Part shown: one piece after another, positions 21,900-35,441 of the stretch
Numbering within the stretch: the first letter of the stretch is position 1
Layout: each line of letters begins with the position of its first letter
NCBI GenBank assembly: GCA_023213395.1
Contig: CM041465.1
Location: forward strand, 120,163,741-120,227,740
Length of the DNA stretch: 64,000 nucleotides
Direction: 5' to 3'
DNA from: Cycas panzhihuaensis
Taxonomy: Eukaryota; Plantae; Cycadophyta
Position numbers and translations under genes: made by a program
Notes under the pieces: model-generated
Seen by the model: the letters and a program-made list of their open reading frames with translations, nothing else
Told to the model about the DNA's origin: nothing
Databases searched by the model: none

Positions 21900-22640
21900 A
21901 GAATTTGCACGATATCTGAAATTAGAGATATTGAGAAGAACATTGTTTTTAGAGAGAACAATGATCCCAAAATTCGAGCCAAATGGCTCTAAATGAGATC
22001 TGCAGACAAACATAAAAAGATAATGATCGACATTGGGTTTGACAAATATGTCCTCATTGGTACATTTCCAATTTTTCCAAAATTTTTTTCTTTGATAACT
22101 ACGATATTATCCATGCAGCCCAGAATTTTGGAGATATCAGTCAAGACTGTAGCAACCCTTACTAGTTTACCCAACAAGGGACAAGAAACATCTAGGGACA
22201 AGCAGATTTCAAGAGAAGCAGCTGCAAAATAGATTGGAACAGACAAAAAAGACATATCAAGTTCAAGAATTTGCATCGTTGGAATATGATCGAAAGAGAA
22301 ATGGTAGATGGTGCATTTTATTTTCACTAGGGTAATCCTGAACCAAAAAAACTTGTATGTACCAACGAACCTAAGAAGTATGATAAATTGGGTAGTTAAA
22401 AGAACAAAGTTTAACTGGGCAAAGTTTATGACCCAACAGCTTCTTAAGAGTTTGGAAACAATTTGAGAAACCACGAAACCAGTGACATTGTCATGTCACT
22501 CTACTTTAGGGTTTACTTTTCAACGAGTGTCCCAAATTACAGTTGTTAGTTCTAGAGGAAGGTCAAGCACCTCTTGCTTGTTGGACCGAAGTATTAAACA
22601 AAGGAAAAGTTCAAAATCTGAAATGGGCAGAAGCACGAGG
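21900..22640 (+). pseudogene. 3' sense accessory ORF of element C (plant-mobile-domain/Athila-ORF-like helical domain), cut off by element D
   Basis: A single frame reads through CAG/CGA-type stops: LEISVKTVATLTSLPNKG...MVHFIFTRVIL...KFNWAKFMTQQLLKSLETI. Confidence 0.55.
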
Positions 22641-25600
22641 TGTTTGGGAACATGAAATCATGCACAAATGTTCCCAATCGCAGAATCTTTAACCATACAC
22701 AACAAGCAAACAAAATACACACAGAAGATAGATGCACAGTACACAAGATTTACGTGGAAAAACCTTTTCAGGAAAAAACCCACCACAAAAGGATCCTTAA
22801 TGGATCTCTTTGATTATTGCACAATGGATTGATACAATGATCTTGGATGATGAATACACAAGGCTTCAAGGCATTTATATTCTCCCAAGAGGTGTCACTC
22901 GATTAGGGTTGTGACCCTCCGAATAAGTCTCAACCTTTTGGCTTCGCACCTTTTCACTTAATTAAACCACATTAACATTAACTAAGTGGCTTAATAATTA
23001 ACTGCCACGTTAACATCCCCCCTTAATGTGAATGTGGGGACCATGCCAACTGCAACAGTTATGTTATTACAAAGGTTGGGACTATCCTGCAGCTTCTTTA
23101 TCCTTGTCGATACATCCCCCCTCTAGGATAACATTGGTGAGTCCAAGTTCAGTACACATCTTCGTGAATTGATCTTCAGTGAGAGGTTTGGTGAACATGT
23201 CCGCAAGCTAGAATTCACTCAGACAGTAGTCGACCTACAACTTCCCTGATTTGATCTATTCACGAATGTAATGGTGCTAAATCTCAATGTGCTTCATATG
23301 CGCATGAAACTCCGAATTCTTTGATAGGCGAATGGTACTTTGGTTATCAACAAAGATAAGCGGGTGTCCATTTGAAACTCCAGAAGACCTTGCAACCATA
23401 CGGCTTCCTTCTCACCCGCACTGAGTCCTTGATATTCTGTCTCTATAGAAGAGAGTGCCACTGTCTGCTGCTTCTTCGACTGCCACAAAACAAATCCGTT
23501 GCCAACACTAAACAGATATCCAGTAGTGGACTTCCGATCATCGAAATCTCCTCCCCATTCAACATCTATGTAGCCATGCAATCATATCTCTTCACCTCTA
23601 CGGTATTCGAGACCAAGATTGATTGTCCCCTTCAAATACTTCAAAATCTGCTTCGCTGCAACCAAATGAGATTCCTCAGGAGTCTGCATGTAGCGGGAAA
23701 CCAACCCAACAGCGTATGCAATATCAGGCCTACTATGAGTCAAGTAGATCAGACTCCCTACCAACTGGCAATACTTTGTCCCATCTACAGAGGGCTTGGC
23801 CATATCCTTCTGCAACTTGCACCTTTTACACATGGTGTTGCAACTGGTTTGCAATTCCACATTCCAAATTTCTCCAACAAGTTCTTCACATACTGCAATT
23901 GCAACAACATAATCTTGTCATCCGTCTGCCTGACCTAAATGCCCAAGAAGTAGTGAAGTCTCCCTAGGTCTGTCATGTCAAATGAAGCTCGTAGATTGGA
24001 TTTGACTTTAGCAATAGCCTTGCCACAGTTACCGTCGATGACCAAGTCATCAACATACACCATGCAAGCTACTATTGAAGTCCCTCTTCTCTTCACATAC
24101 AGATTCGGGTCGACTTTAGAAATCTCAAAACCTTCAACTTTCAACTTGGCATCCATCTTTTCATACCAAGCATGAGGTGCTTGTTTCAAGCCATAGATTG
24201 ACTTCTTCAAACAGCACACAAGATGCTCCTGGCCATCCTTAACGAATCCTAGAGGCTGCGACATATATATTTCCTCCTTTAGATCTCCATTAAGGAATGC
24301 GGACTTTATGTCCATCTGATGTAACTCCCAACCATACGCTGCTGGTAAGGAAATCAACAAACGGACCGTTGTCATTCTGGAGACTGGTGCAAATGTCTCC
24401 TCATAGTCAATTTCTTCTTTCTGCTTAAATCCCTGCGCAACAAGTCTGGCCTTAAACTTGTCCACCTCTCCATTGGAGTGGAACTTTGTCTTGTAGACCC
24501 ACTTGCATCCCACAAGATTCTTCGTCGAAGGTAGTCTAACTAGATCCCACGTGTCGTTCTTCAACAGAGAACTATACTCCTCCTCCATTGTAGCTCTCCA
24601 TCTTGGATCTCCCTTCGCTCCATCAAACGAATCAGGATCAGTACAATCGTTGGTGTCTACCAGCAGAGTTCGACTGGCATGCTGACTTCGTGTTATTTGA
24701 TAGTCAGTTAAGGTTTGCATCGCCACACCGAAATCTTCTATAGTCTTGCTTGCCCATAAAGGTAGTGAAGGACCCGTTGTTGGAGGTACTTCAACTCGCA
24801 GCAGCTCCTCACTATTACTCGTCCCACTCGATTCTGCTTCCTTAGGTGTTTCAGCGACTGGCTCGTTGTCCTCTTCACTTGATGAATCTGGGAATGGGAG
24901 AAGGGGGGGTAAAAAGGCTCCTCTGATGATCGGTTAGCATGATACGTCGATGTCTCATCAAATTTGACATCCCGACTAACCACAATCTTCTCCCCCTGTG
25001 GATCCCATAGTCTGTAGGCTTTATTCTCAGTGCAATACCCCATGAATATGCACTTTAGACTTTTCCGATCCAGCTTCTTTCAGGTATCATCTGGGGCGTG
25101 GGCGTACGTGATACACCCAAACGTTCTTAAATGGTTGATTCCAAGCTTACGATCGGTCCATTTTTCTTTGGAAATCATGCTACGAACTGCTTGAGTGGGT
25201 ACCCAGTTCAAAATATAAACAGCAGTCGCCACAACTTCTGCCCAAAACTTTTGTGGCAGGTTTTGAGCATGCACCATACACCTTGCCATCTCCATCATGG
25301 TACGGTTCTTTCTTTCAGCAACTCCGTTCTGTTGTGGGGTATACGGGACCATAAATTCTCGCTTTATACCATGATCGCGACAGAATTGATTGAACGAATT
25401 ATTGTCATATTCCTTGCCATTATCACTTCTTAGTGACTTTATTTTCTTATCACATTCATTTTCAACCATCGTTTTCCACTCACGAAAGCGATCAAACACG
25501 TCTGACTTGTTCTTGAGAAAGTAAACCCAAGCCTTCCTGGTGTAGTCATCTACAAAAACAAGGGTATAACAAGCTCCAAATATCAAAGGGTTAGGAAGAG

Positions 25601-25738
25601 GACCCATTATGTTTGAATGTACAAGCTCCAGTTTCTCCTTGGCTCTCCAGGCATTATCCCGAGCAAAAGGGTAGCGGTGGTGCTTTCCATACATACACCC
25701 TTCGCACACACCATCTGAGCAGGTAATCGACGACAATC
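22641..25738 (-). mobile_element. pol: Ty1/copia element D, 3' portion: IN-RT-RH, PPT 23016-23026, 3' LTR 22641-23015
   Basis: CEGCMYGKHHR, FVDDYTR, SDNGKEY, PQQNGVAER, YVDDL, RPDIAYAV; PPT AAGGGGGGA next to TGTTAAC; 5' part cut off by element E. Confidence 0.92.
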
Positions 25739-27750
25739 TATAGCCTTATCTAGGATAGGGTTTTCCCCAATGCCATAGGAAGATTTACTTAAGCACTGTT
25801 GGATTTCATCACCAGTGAAGCAAAGTTAGACTTACACCCGATGTTAGGTTGGTCTTTGTTGCGTTCTGAATAGTTTGATGCTGGACAAATATCCCAACTA
25901 CACGTAATTGGGAGAATCAACTCAGCACCATTTATCCTATTAAGAGCAATTTCTTCCATCTTCCTTCACCTCTATGAGTTAGAGACTTCTTGAAATTAGA
26001 CGCAGGCATCCCAAGAGTTCCCACACTTGCGGGTAGGATGTTACTAGGTGAGGAAGTCCCCACTGGCTAACCCATGAGTGGGTCCTTAATCCATGGTCTA
26101 ATTCCTTTTCGTCTCTTCTCCCATCAACCCTCCTTTTTCTTTAGATTGAGTCAATGTATAGTGACCTTTAGAGGGTAAGATGGGTAGAGGTAAATCTCCT
26201 TTAGGGGGTGATAGTCCTTAGAATAGGTTTCTAAAAATTCATCATCATTCGAGGCACTCATGCCTTGGGGGCCCTCTTGGTTTACAAGACCTTTCTTGGG
26301 TGTTGTTTGCTCCTTCCAAAGAGATTTTGCTTAGGTAGTTTGCTTCCTTCTTTTATGTTTTGGTTGCTTGCCTGCTTGTGTGCTTATTTTAGCAGCATGA
26401 TTGATTAGATGCATAACTTAGCTTAGTTGTTCCCTTCCCTTTTTCTTATCACTTGTGCAAATCCTTGTCATCTATTCCAAGTCATCTTATGTCCCTGCAC
26501 TCACGTCCACATAAACACACAAGTGTCCTTGAGAGAAAGTTGTCGGACTCCCTTCCCCGGCTTGGACCTTTCTACCCTAGGTCTCATCTTTAGCTGCGCA
26601 AGCCACACTAGCCCGTCGGAGGTTACATATCTAGCGACCATACTAGGGACTCGCTAGTGACAATTAGTGATTTTTCATTGACTTTCTTTTTCTCATTCCA
26701 CCACAGGTCTCCAACTTAGGGCAACCCACCTAACAGGGCGTTGTGAGGATCACGAGTATCATTTGCCCATTCGTGTCAAATCAGTGTGATGAGTGTGCAC
26801 CTTAGTCCAGACCTTCCCATCCCCTTTGATCCTCAAGAATCACCCCTTGTATGCCCTGATTCTCTCAAAGGCTATGAGGTCTTCCTCCCCTTAATTTGTT
26901 GAGTTCACCTCATCCAGTTCTCAGTACATTCAACGTAGTGCTCTAGGGAAGCAAGTGCCCTCTTACTAGGTCACTGAACCTATTCTCATTCAAGTGACAA
27001 AGTGGCCTCCAACTAGTGATCCAGATGATGCTCGAGTAGCTCTACTCAACAAGATGGAGAGAGCATGTTTCATGAGCTCGATCCCCACTATCGAAATCCT
27101 ATTGACTTTACATCCCATATCACTAGGGCTATCCAAACCCAAGACTCCCCACCTATGACTAAGTCTCTGACTTAAACCTACTCACATGACTAGTCCCAAG
27201 CGACTACAGTTGCTACTTCATATATAGCAGACCCTCAACCCATTCCAACCCAAATAAGTCCTTGGAAGTGTTGTCACTTTGACGACACACTTCCAAGGGG
27301 TTTTGATGGCTTCCAACCCTACCCTTCCTTGGGCAACCAACCTCTTTAAGAGTAGTGTAGACCCAAGCTCATCCACTCCCTAACCCCAAGTAGGGGCAAC
27401 CTCATACGCCGCCCTACATATTCCATTCTCCACAACAGTCATATCCATCCCCGATTTCAATGTTCCAGGACTAATTTCCCCTTCACACTTCATCCCTCTA
27501 GTCCAACCTATTGTGGGGCTCCATTCTTCTATTGTCCAATCCATTGTGGCTTGGGCAAACCACACCATATCACAAATATCGCATTCCATGCCCCAGTCTT
27601 CCATGCCCTAGGGCATTCCTAGTTTTATCCCACAACCTACTTAGGTTGTGGCATAGCCTAATCCTTCCCCCTATATCTCTCTTGGCTACATGCCCCAGTA
27701 ATGAAGACATGTCAAGTCCCAATCGCATATGATCTATATTGTGAATCCTC

Positions 27751-30700
27751 ACATTCCAAATACTTTGGAAGGTTGTTTGGTCGATCTCTTGATGAGCAAG
27801 AAAAACAACTTCTACGAAGATATTTATTTACCTATTTTTAGAGGAGTTTCTAGTCGACTTCCAACTCATGTTAAGAACAGTCATCATACATTTTCGGGCT
27901 GATTTCCTTCATTAGCTTTTGGCCATCTATTTAAGGATGGTTATTGGCCTCATTAGGGATCACCAAGAAGAGAGTCTTGGACTGTTGTATTTTCAACCTT
28001 AGGGCAGCAATTGTGGAGGGCACCTCGCCTCGAAGAGGGACCGTTTGTTCCAACAGAACTTGCAAGAATACTTTGTAACTTGTATCTATTCTATTGGTTA
28101 TCCTTTTATGTATTTTTCTTTATGAACTTGATATATTATTCAATGGTTATCATTCATTATTTATTGCTGCAATTTTCCATCTTGTTAGTATATTTTGGAT
28201 TGTTATATATTTTTGAGGAGTTTCTATTCATAAATCCTATAGAAAAACTATAAGATCGCTACAAGCGGTATTACAACTCTGTTTCAAAGATGGGTTAACA
28301 AGCAATTTCCGCAAGAAAAATCTAATAGAAATTTTTAGAAAGGAGTTGAGATCAAGAAAAAAACTTTCATCCAACAAAATGGTGAATCAACCATCAGAGA
28401 TAGTAACAAACATATCCCATCACATTGACGATATTACCAATGATTTAGCTCAAATAAAAAGAGATATTCAGCTACTTACAAACACAATCATGGGAAGGAA
28501 AAACGACACGGGTACATCTAGACATCTGAAACGAGAAGAGTAGACAAAAGAAGAAGAGAGAGATCTGGGGGACCAATCCGATCCTGGAATCAAAGGAACC
28601 AAATTCCTTTTAAAAAATTCAACCCCAAAAGGTCCAAGGATATTCACAATTGGATCTTACAATTAAAAATCTATTTCAAAGCAAACCCCCATGACAAACA
28701 AAGAAAAATCGGTTGTAGCAATCCTTCACCTTTATTGAAAAGCTCTAAAATGGTACCATTGGTGGTAGAGATTCTTTGAAGGGATAAGTCATTTCAATTA
28801 GAATTTTTTGAGGAAAAGCATCATTAAGCAATACGAGGACACATGGAATATTGATTATTTTGCTCAACCCATGAGGTTACAAGAGACCATATCAGTACAA
28901 ACATACATATAATAGTTCCAAACCTTCATAGTTTGGTAGAGATAGAAATCAATGAAGAACAGCTAGTCAAAGTATATATTTCATGTCTAAAAGAGATATC
29001 AAATATCACCTCAAAACTTTAGACATATTATAGCTCAGTGATGCCATACATCACGCTAGGAACATCGAAGCAAATTTAGAGAAAGCAAGCAAAATTTTGT
29101 CCAACGAAACGACCCACCTAGGCATCCAGGGCAGCCATTCCAACCAAATTAGACATAATCAAGAACAAAAGCAGGGACCCCAATGTCCGCAGAGAAGGAT
29201 GAGCATCTATCCTAAGCCGGACACATTAGGAATGGGACTTGTTTCCACTGTGGAGGTAAATACAATTGAGATCATAAAGATCCTACAAAGAAGATGTTTA
29301 TGACAAATAACAAGGAAGACAATATACTAGAAGAACCAGAAGGGGACAATCCGGATGAAGAAACAATAGCCAAAATAAACGAATCAGAGATTGATGACCT
29401 TTTAAACACCAATACTGGCAACGTCTAAATTTCTCTTTAGGCCATCACAGGAGAGGTCCACATACCTTAGACACTTTGGTTTACAGGGTTAATAAAAAAT
29501 GCAAAATTTTCAATTTTGGTGGATAGTGGGAGCACCCATAATTTCATAAATAGACCGACAATGGACAAACTAGGACTCCAAATTAACCCATTTCATGTCT
29601 TTTAAGTGGCCATTGCAAATGGTAGGACCATGCCCTACAGAGGATATTGCCAACAGGTGGATTTACTAATAGTCGATTATACAACTTTGACCTATACGTT
29701 CACCATGCCAATTGGGGGTGTCGACATCGTTTTAGGAATTCAATGGTTACAAACTCTAGGCAATATAGTCACCAATTATAGAGTACGTTTCATGTATTTT
29801 CACCAAAAAGGATGAAAGTACAAATTACAGGCTTCAGATATTCCTCCAATACAACTAGTTTCTTCTCAACAAATGGAAAAATTATTGCAAAAGAACCTCA
29901 CTTCATTCATACTCTCATGTTATAAATTGACCATTGAAGAAGTTCTGACAGAAGTCTAAACCATCATTGACCAGTACCATCAAGTGTTTCAAGAACTTCC
30001 TTAGGAATCACCCCCAAGTTGAGGGTATGAGCATGCAATCGAACTCACTCCACAATCAACTCTAGTAAACATTCAACCTTATCGTCATCCATTTCATTTT
30101 AAACTAGAAATTGAGCGAATTACACGAGTTGTTACAACAAGGATTCATCGTCCCAAGCACTAGTCTGTTTGCATCTCCTATCATTAAAAAAAAAATGGGT
30201 CTTGTCGAATGTCCATAGACTATCAAGCTCTAAATAAGTTAACCATCAAAAACAGATACCCCGTCGCTCGAATAGATGATGCATTAGATGAATTACATGG
30301 GGCTCAATATTTTTCAGAAATTGACCTACGATATAGGTACTACCAAATCCAAATCAAAGCAAAGGATGTTTACAAGACAACTTTTCAAACTCACGAAAGA
30401 TTATTTGAGTTTTGAGCCATGCCATTTGGCTTAACCAATCCACCAGCAACTTTCCAAAGCATAATGAACCAAGTTCTTAAACCTTACAGAAATTTGTTTT
30501 GGTCTTCTTTGATGATATTTTGATTTATAGAAGTACTTGGCAAGAACATTTGGGACATATATGCACTATTCTTCAACTCCTACAAGATCAAAAATTCTTC
30601 GTCAATAAGAACAAATGTATGTTTGGACACACACAGTTGGAGCACTTTGGTCACATCATCACTCCAAAGGGAGTAAAGATTGATCCCAAGAAGATTCAGG

Positions 30701-33309
30701 CCATCATCAACTAGCCAACGCCCACAAATGTAATAAGGATCCGTGGAATTTTGAGAGTAGCAAGGTTCTTATGGAGGTTCATTAAAGCATACACACATAA
30801 AGCCGCACCCTTAATCGATTTAACCAAGAAAAGACGCTTTCATATGGACTCAGAAGGCAGAAGGAGCTTTTGAAGAGTTAAAAGTAACCATGACCACAGC
30901 TCCCATATTAGCAACACTTGATTTTTCCAAACCATTTATGATTGAATGCAATGCATCCAGAATCAAGATAGGGGCAATTCTCTTACAAGAAGACCGACCC
31001 TTGGCATATGAAAGTAGGAAGCTTAACGATCGAGAATGTCTCAAATCGATTTACGATAAAGAAATGTTGGCAATCATGCATGCCATACACCAATGGCGAC
31101 AGTATCTTTTGGGTAACAAGTTCATAGTCAAAACTGATCGCGACAGTTTGAAAATTTTTTTCCACCAAACATCACTCTCCGATGAACAACAAAAATGGGT
31201 GAGCAAACTCCAGACCTTTGATTTTTCTATTCTCTACAAAAGGGGAAAGGAGAACATTATTATTGATGCATTATCTAGGATTCCAACTAAAAATTTCAAA
31301 GATTGCCAACCCACCTTACGGAGCATCACAGTAATCACACCCAAATGGGTTGAAGAGCTAGTTCACGATTATAAAAATGACCTTCAATCTCAAGAATGCT
31401 TGCGAGAGATCGAAAAAGCCAACAATACCATGTATAGACTACAGGGAAAGTTAATTTTAAGGAAGGGAAAGATTCTAGTTCTAGTAGCATCTGCCATTAA
31501 GTCAAAAATTTTAGAGGAAGCACATTGTTCTGCAATCAGAGGACACATTGCCATCAACAAAACTCATCAATAGATTTGGGACACATTTTTCTAGAAGGGA
31601 ATGAAAGCTGAAATTTACAAATTCATATCTAAATGTGATGTTTGCCAAAGAAACAAAAGTGAAAATCTAAAAATCCCAAGGTTACTCCAGCCATTACATA
31701 TATTGAAACAAAAATGAGAAAAAATATCCATGGATTTTATCACCGGGTTACCTAAATTAGAAGGGAAAGATGCCATTTTCATGGTTGTAAATCGTCTAAC
31801 AAAACATGCTCATTTTCGAGGAACACAGGCAACTACTAAGGCCACTCAAATAGCAGAGATATTCATAAAAGAAATTTACTGTCTCCACGACTTTCCAAAA
31901 GTAATTGTTTGCGACAAAGATCCAAAGTTTACAAGAAACTTTTGGCAGGACTTAATCAAAATAGCAAACACCAAGCTAAACATGAGTACAGCATATCACT
32001 TGCAAACCAATGGGCAAATGGAGGCCATCAATAAATGTCTAGAAGGATATCTACAAAACTTTGTTGCTAATAAACAACATCAATGGCATAAGTGGCTTCA
32101 TTTGGTTGAATGGTAGTATAACACAGCGTACCATACCGCCACCAAGATGACACCATTTCAAGCCTTGTATGGTTTTGAACCACCATCACTTCTCAAATGG
32201 ACTCAAACATCCAAAATCCATATTATACAAGAACAACAACAACAGATGCAACACATTTTGAAAGTTTTGAAGGACAATCTGAATTTGTCCAGAAATAGAA
32301 TGAAACAAAAAGCTAAACTGCACAAAATAAAATGAACTTTCGTGCTAGGAGATTGGGTATTTCTTCAACTTCAACCACACAAACAAACCAATTTAAAATA
32401 AGCAGGTTGATACAAATTACAACCTAAATTCTTTGGGCCCTACAAAATTCTAGCCAAAATAAGGGAAGTAGCATACCAATTGGAACTTTCTCCTACCAAC
32501 TGCATCCACAATACATTTCACGTTTCTTGCCTCAAGCAAAAACATGGGGACGGTGTTTTGCCTTAGTCAGATCTACCTGTATTGGACGACGAAGGAAAAA
32601 TTGTAATAGAGACTGAAGGTATTCTATAGGTGTGCACTAAAAGACTCTGCTCCAAAGAAATCAAGGAATATCTTATTAAATGGAAGACAGGGGGTAACAA
32701 TGATGCCACTTGGGAAATAGAAGAATGGCTTCAACAATATCTAGATATACCTGTACTTTGAGGGCAAAGCACGCTTTCAAGGGGAGGGACTTGTAGCATT
32801 CCAAATACTTTGGAAGGTTGTTTGGCCGATCTCTTGATGAGCAGTAGAAACAACTTTTATGAAGATATTTATTTACCTACTTTTAGACAAGTTTTTGGCC
32901 TGAGTTCCAACTCATGTTAAGAACAGCCATTATACCTTTTCTAGCTGACTGACTTCATTAGCTTTTGGCCGCCTATTAAAGATGGTTATTGGCCTCATTA
33001 GGGATCATCAAGAAGAGAGTTTTAGAGAAATGTATTTTTGGCCTTAGGGCAGCAGTTATGAAGGGCACCTCACCTCAAAGAGGGGCCATTTGTTCTAGCA
33101 AAACTTGCAGGAATACTTGGTAACTTGTACCCATTCTATTGGTTACCCTTTTATGTATTTTTCTTTCTAAACTTGAGAAAGTTATTCAGTGGTTATTGTT
33201 CATTATTTATTACTGCAATTTTCCATCTTATTAGTATATTTTAGATTGTTATCTATTTTTGGGGAGTTTCTATTCATAAATCCTATAAAAAAGTTGGAAG
33301 ATAGCTACA
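27751..33309 (+). mobile_element. Full-length decayed chromovirus (gypsy) element F: LTRs 27751-28263 and 32792-33309, gag-PR-RT-RH-IN-chromodomain
   Basis: Paired LTRs of about 515 bp (5' LTR lacks its first 4 nt); decayed Met PBS; LVDSGSTHNF, IDYQALN, FFDDILIY, AYESRKL, MDFITGLP, GPY, EYLIKWK...DATWE; PPT AAGGGGAGGGA. Confidence 0.95.
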
Positions 33310-35441
33310 CTCTCTGCCCATATAAAGTCACCCCTCCATCTAGGACTCTTTATGGGCACAACCTACTCCCTCACCTTCTACCTTATGGCATGCCTCCACC
33401 TCGTGCAGCACCTGTTATAGCCCAACCCAGCCCATCCCCATACCAGGCTACTAGAATTCAATCTTCCGCCAGCCTCCCTATTCCACCTATCCCATCAATG
33501 TGGCAAACCTAATCTATTTTACCCTACCAAGCCCAACAAATCTAACCCCATGCCACTCCTCTAAACACAGCCATCCCTCAAGGTATTCCTATGCAAGTCC
33601 CATTCCTTACTCGAACTCCCACCAACCCATGGCAAACCCCCTCTTAACCAATTCAACACGTTCCACCTACATAACCCCCTGCTACCCAAGGCCACCCCCA
33701 TAAGACACCTAGGTATAAAGGCCCTACTCCCCAAGTAATCATCCCAAACCAGATTGGGGGCATTCCCTATCTAGCCCAATCCTTTCCAGTCCCACCTTAT
33801 CAGACCTACCAACAAAGGAAACCCCCCTATGGCAACGTCCAGTTCTAGATAAATTGCCAGCCCCAAAATGGGGTCGTAGATCCACTCCTTTGTCCTAGTG
33901 TGTGCTCATTTGTGGAATACCGAAGTAGTCCATTGTCCCGTGAGGCACTCAAGATAAACCTCCCTCCACATTCACCCGAGGTCCCAAAGTTTGAGGGGAC
34001 CTCCAACCAAGACTCCACTGATCATGTCAACGCCTTTGCCTTGGCTTGCATTTACTTTTGTCCATACAACCACATCACGATGAAGATATTCCTGCGGTCA
34101 CTCCATGAGGATGCCCTTAAGTGGTTCTATTGCCAACCACCCCATTCAATCCATACCTTGAAACAATTAGATGACACTTTCGTCAACTATTTTTATATGT
34201 CATGACCCTTTGAGAGTGGAGTCAAGGGTCTACTCTCTTTAAAACAGGGCCCTAAAGCGCTTAACAGAGACTTTGTTAGGCATTTCCATAATTTGCTTCA
34301 CTCTTCCAAGGCCATGTTGCCTAAAGAGTTAAAAAGGGATATCTTTGTCAGTGCTCTACGCTCTAAGATTCGCATGGAAGTGCTCAAAATGGGTGTTACT
34401 ACTTGTGATAATGCAATCGCCAAATGTCTTGCCCTGGAAGCCATTGAAATTTAGGCAGGCGTAAAGAAATTAACTAAGCCCACCAAAAAGCTAGAGAACT
34501 AAAATCAACCTAGAGATTCCAAACCACAATTTGGAGCGCTTGACAAAATGATGGACTCTTTCACCTCTGATGTTCTTTCATTTGAGCGAACGATACAAGA
34601 TCTAAAACCCCAATCTAAGCCTGCCAATAAGCAAGGTCAACCATATCATCGCCCTTAAGGTCCTAGTCTAGTCCACCAAGCTACCCAACGCCCCCCCTCT
34701 GTAAAGGACCAAAGGGAGTGCTCCACTCACTAAGAAAAAATGATGTTTTCTTCATTAGAGTGGTGGCCATGATGATGCGCACTACTAATCACAACACTCT
34801 AAACTCGCTCCCCCACAAGATCCTCCTAGTCAACTAACTTTGAGGCCCCATCTCAAGTAGCCCATCCATAACGACCCTTTCCCCAAACACGACAATACCC
34901 AGCCTAAGAATCAAGAGGGCAAGGGCAAGTTCCAACAACCCCGTCCTAAGGCTCCTAAGCAATCCTTGGACTCCCAATAGGAGCAAAAATCACCCTCACC
35001 CAAGTCCCAAGCTCAAAAAGATGAAGAGGCAAAGGAAGTGGCCCAATGCCATTATGCAAAAGGAAAGCAAGTCATTCAGATGCTCAAAACTTCCCACATA
35101 TTTGCCATGACTCGTGTGCAAGCTACCAAAGAAGCTGAGGGTGCTTCCACATCAAACACTATCCTCGTTGAAGTCCCAGGGCTTCTGAAAATGATCCACG
35201 TTCAACCAAGGCACTACGATACGAGAAGGGTTCTCCACCAATCGACAGGCAAAAGGGGAACCCTTCTCTATTATCGAAGAGCTATAATTTGTTTTTGCAG
35301 GCATTCCCATGATGGATGTTCTCAGAAGCTGTCATGACCAACAACAAATTCTATTGGATGCCCTGGAACCCCAAGAGTTCAATTCCATTCATGTAGAGCC
35401 TCAACTACGACTCTCATTACCTTTGATCCTAAGGATCTCCT

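Larger units (their letters stand above)
15005..22640 (+). mobile_element. Ty3/gypsy element C (non-chromovirus, Athila/Tat-related), both LTRs absent
   Basis: Gag capsid about 15750-16230, CCHC knuckles 16509-16836, protease (MLLGRPWL), RT (DVFAWSYKDLKG, CVDYR.LN, MPFG), RNase H (HVDAS, FASRKL), integrase (KWGLDFMG, SDQG, ANGQVE), GPY module, 3' extra ORF; no chromodomain. Confidence 0.92.

Noticed and set aside
21989-22474. 161-aa hydrophobic antisense ORF as an env-like gene
   Set aside because: It is the mirror of the sense accessory frame; hydrophobicity follows from T-richness.
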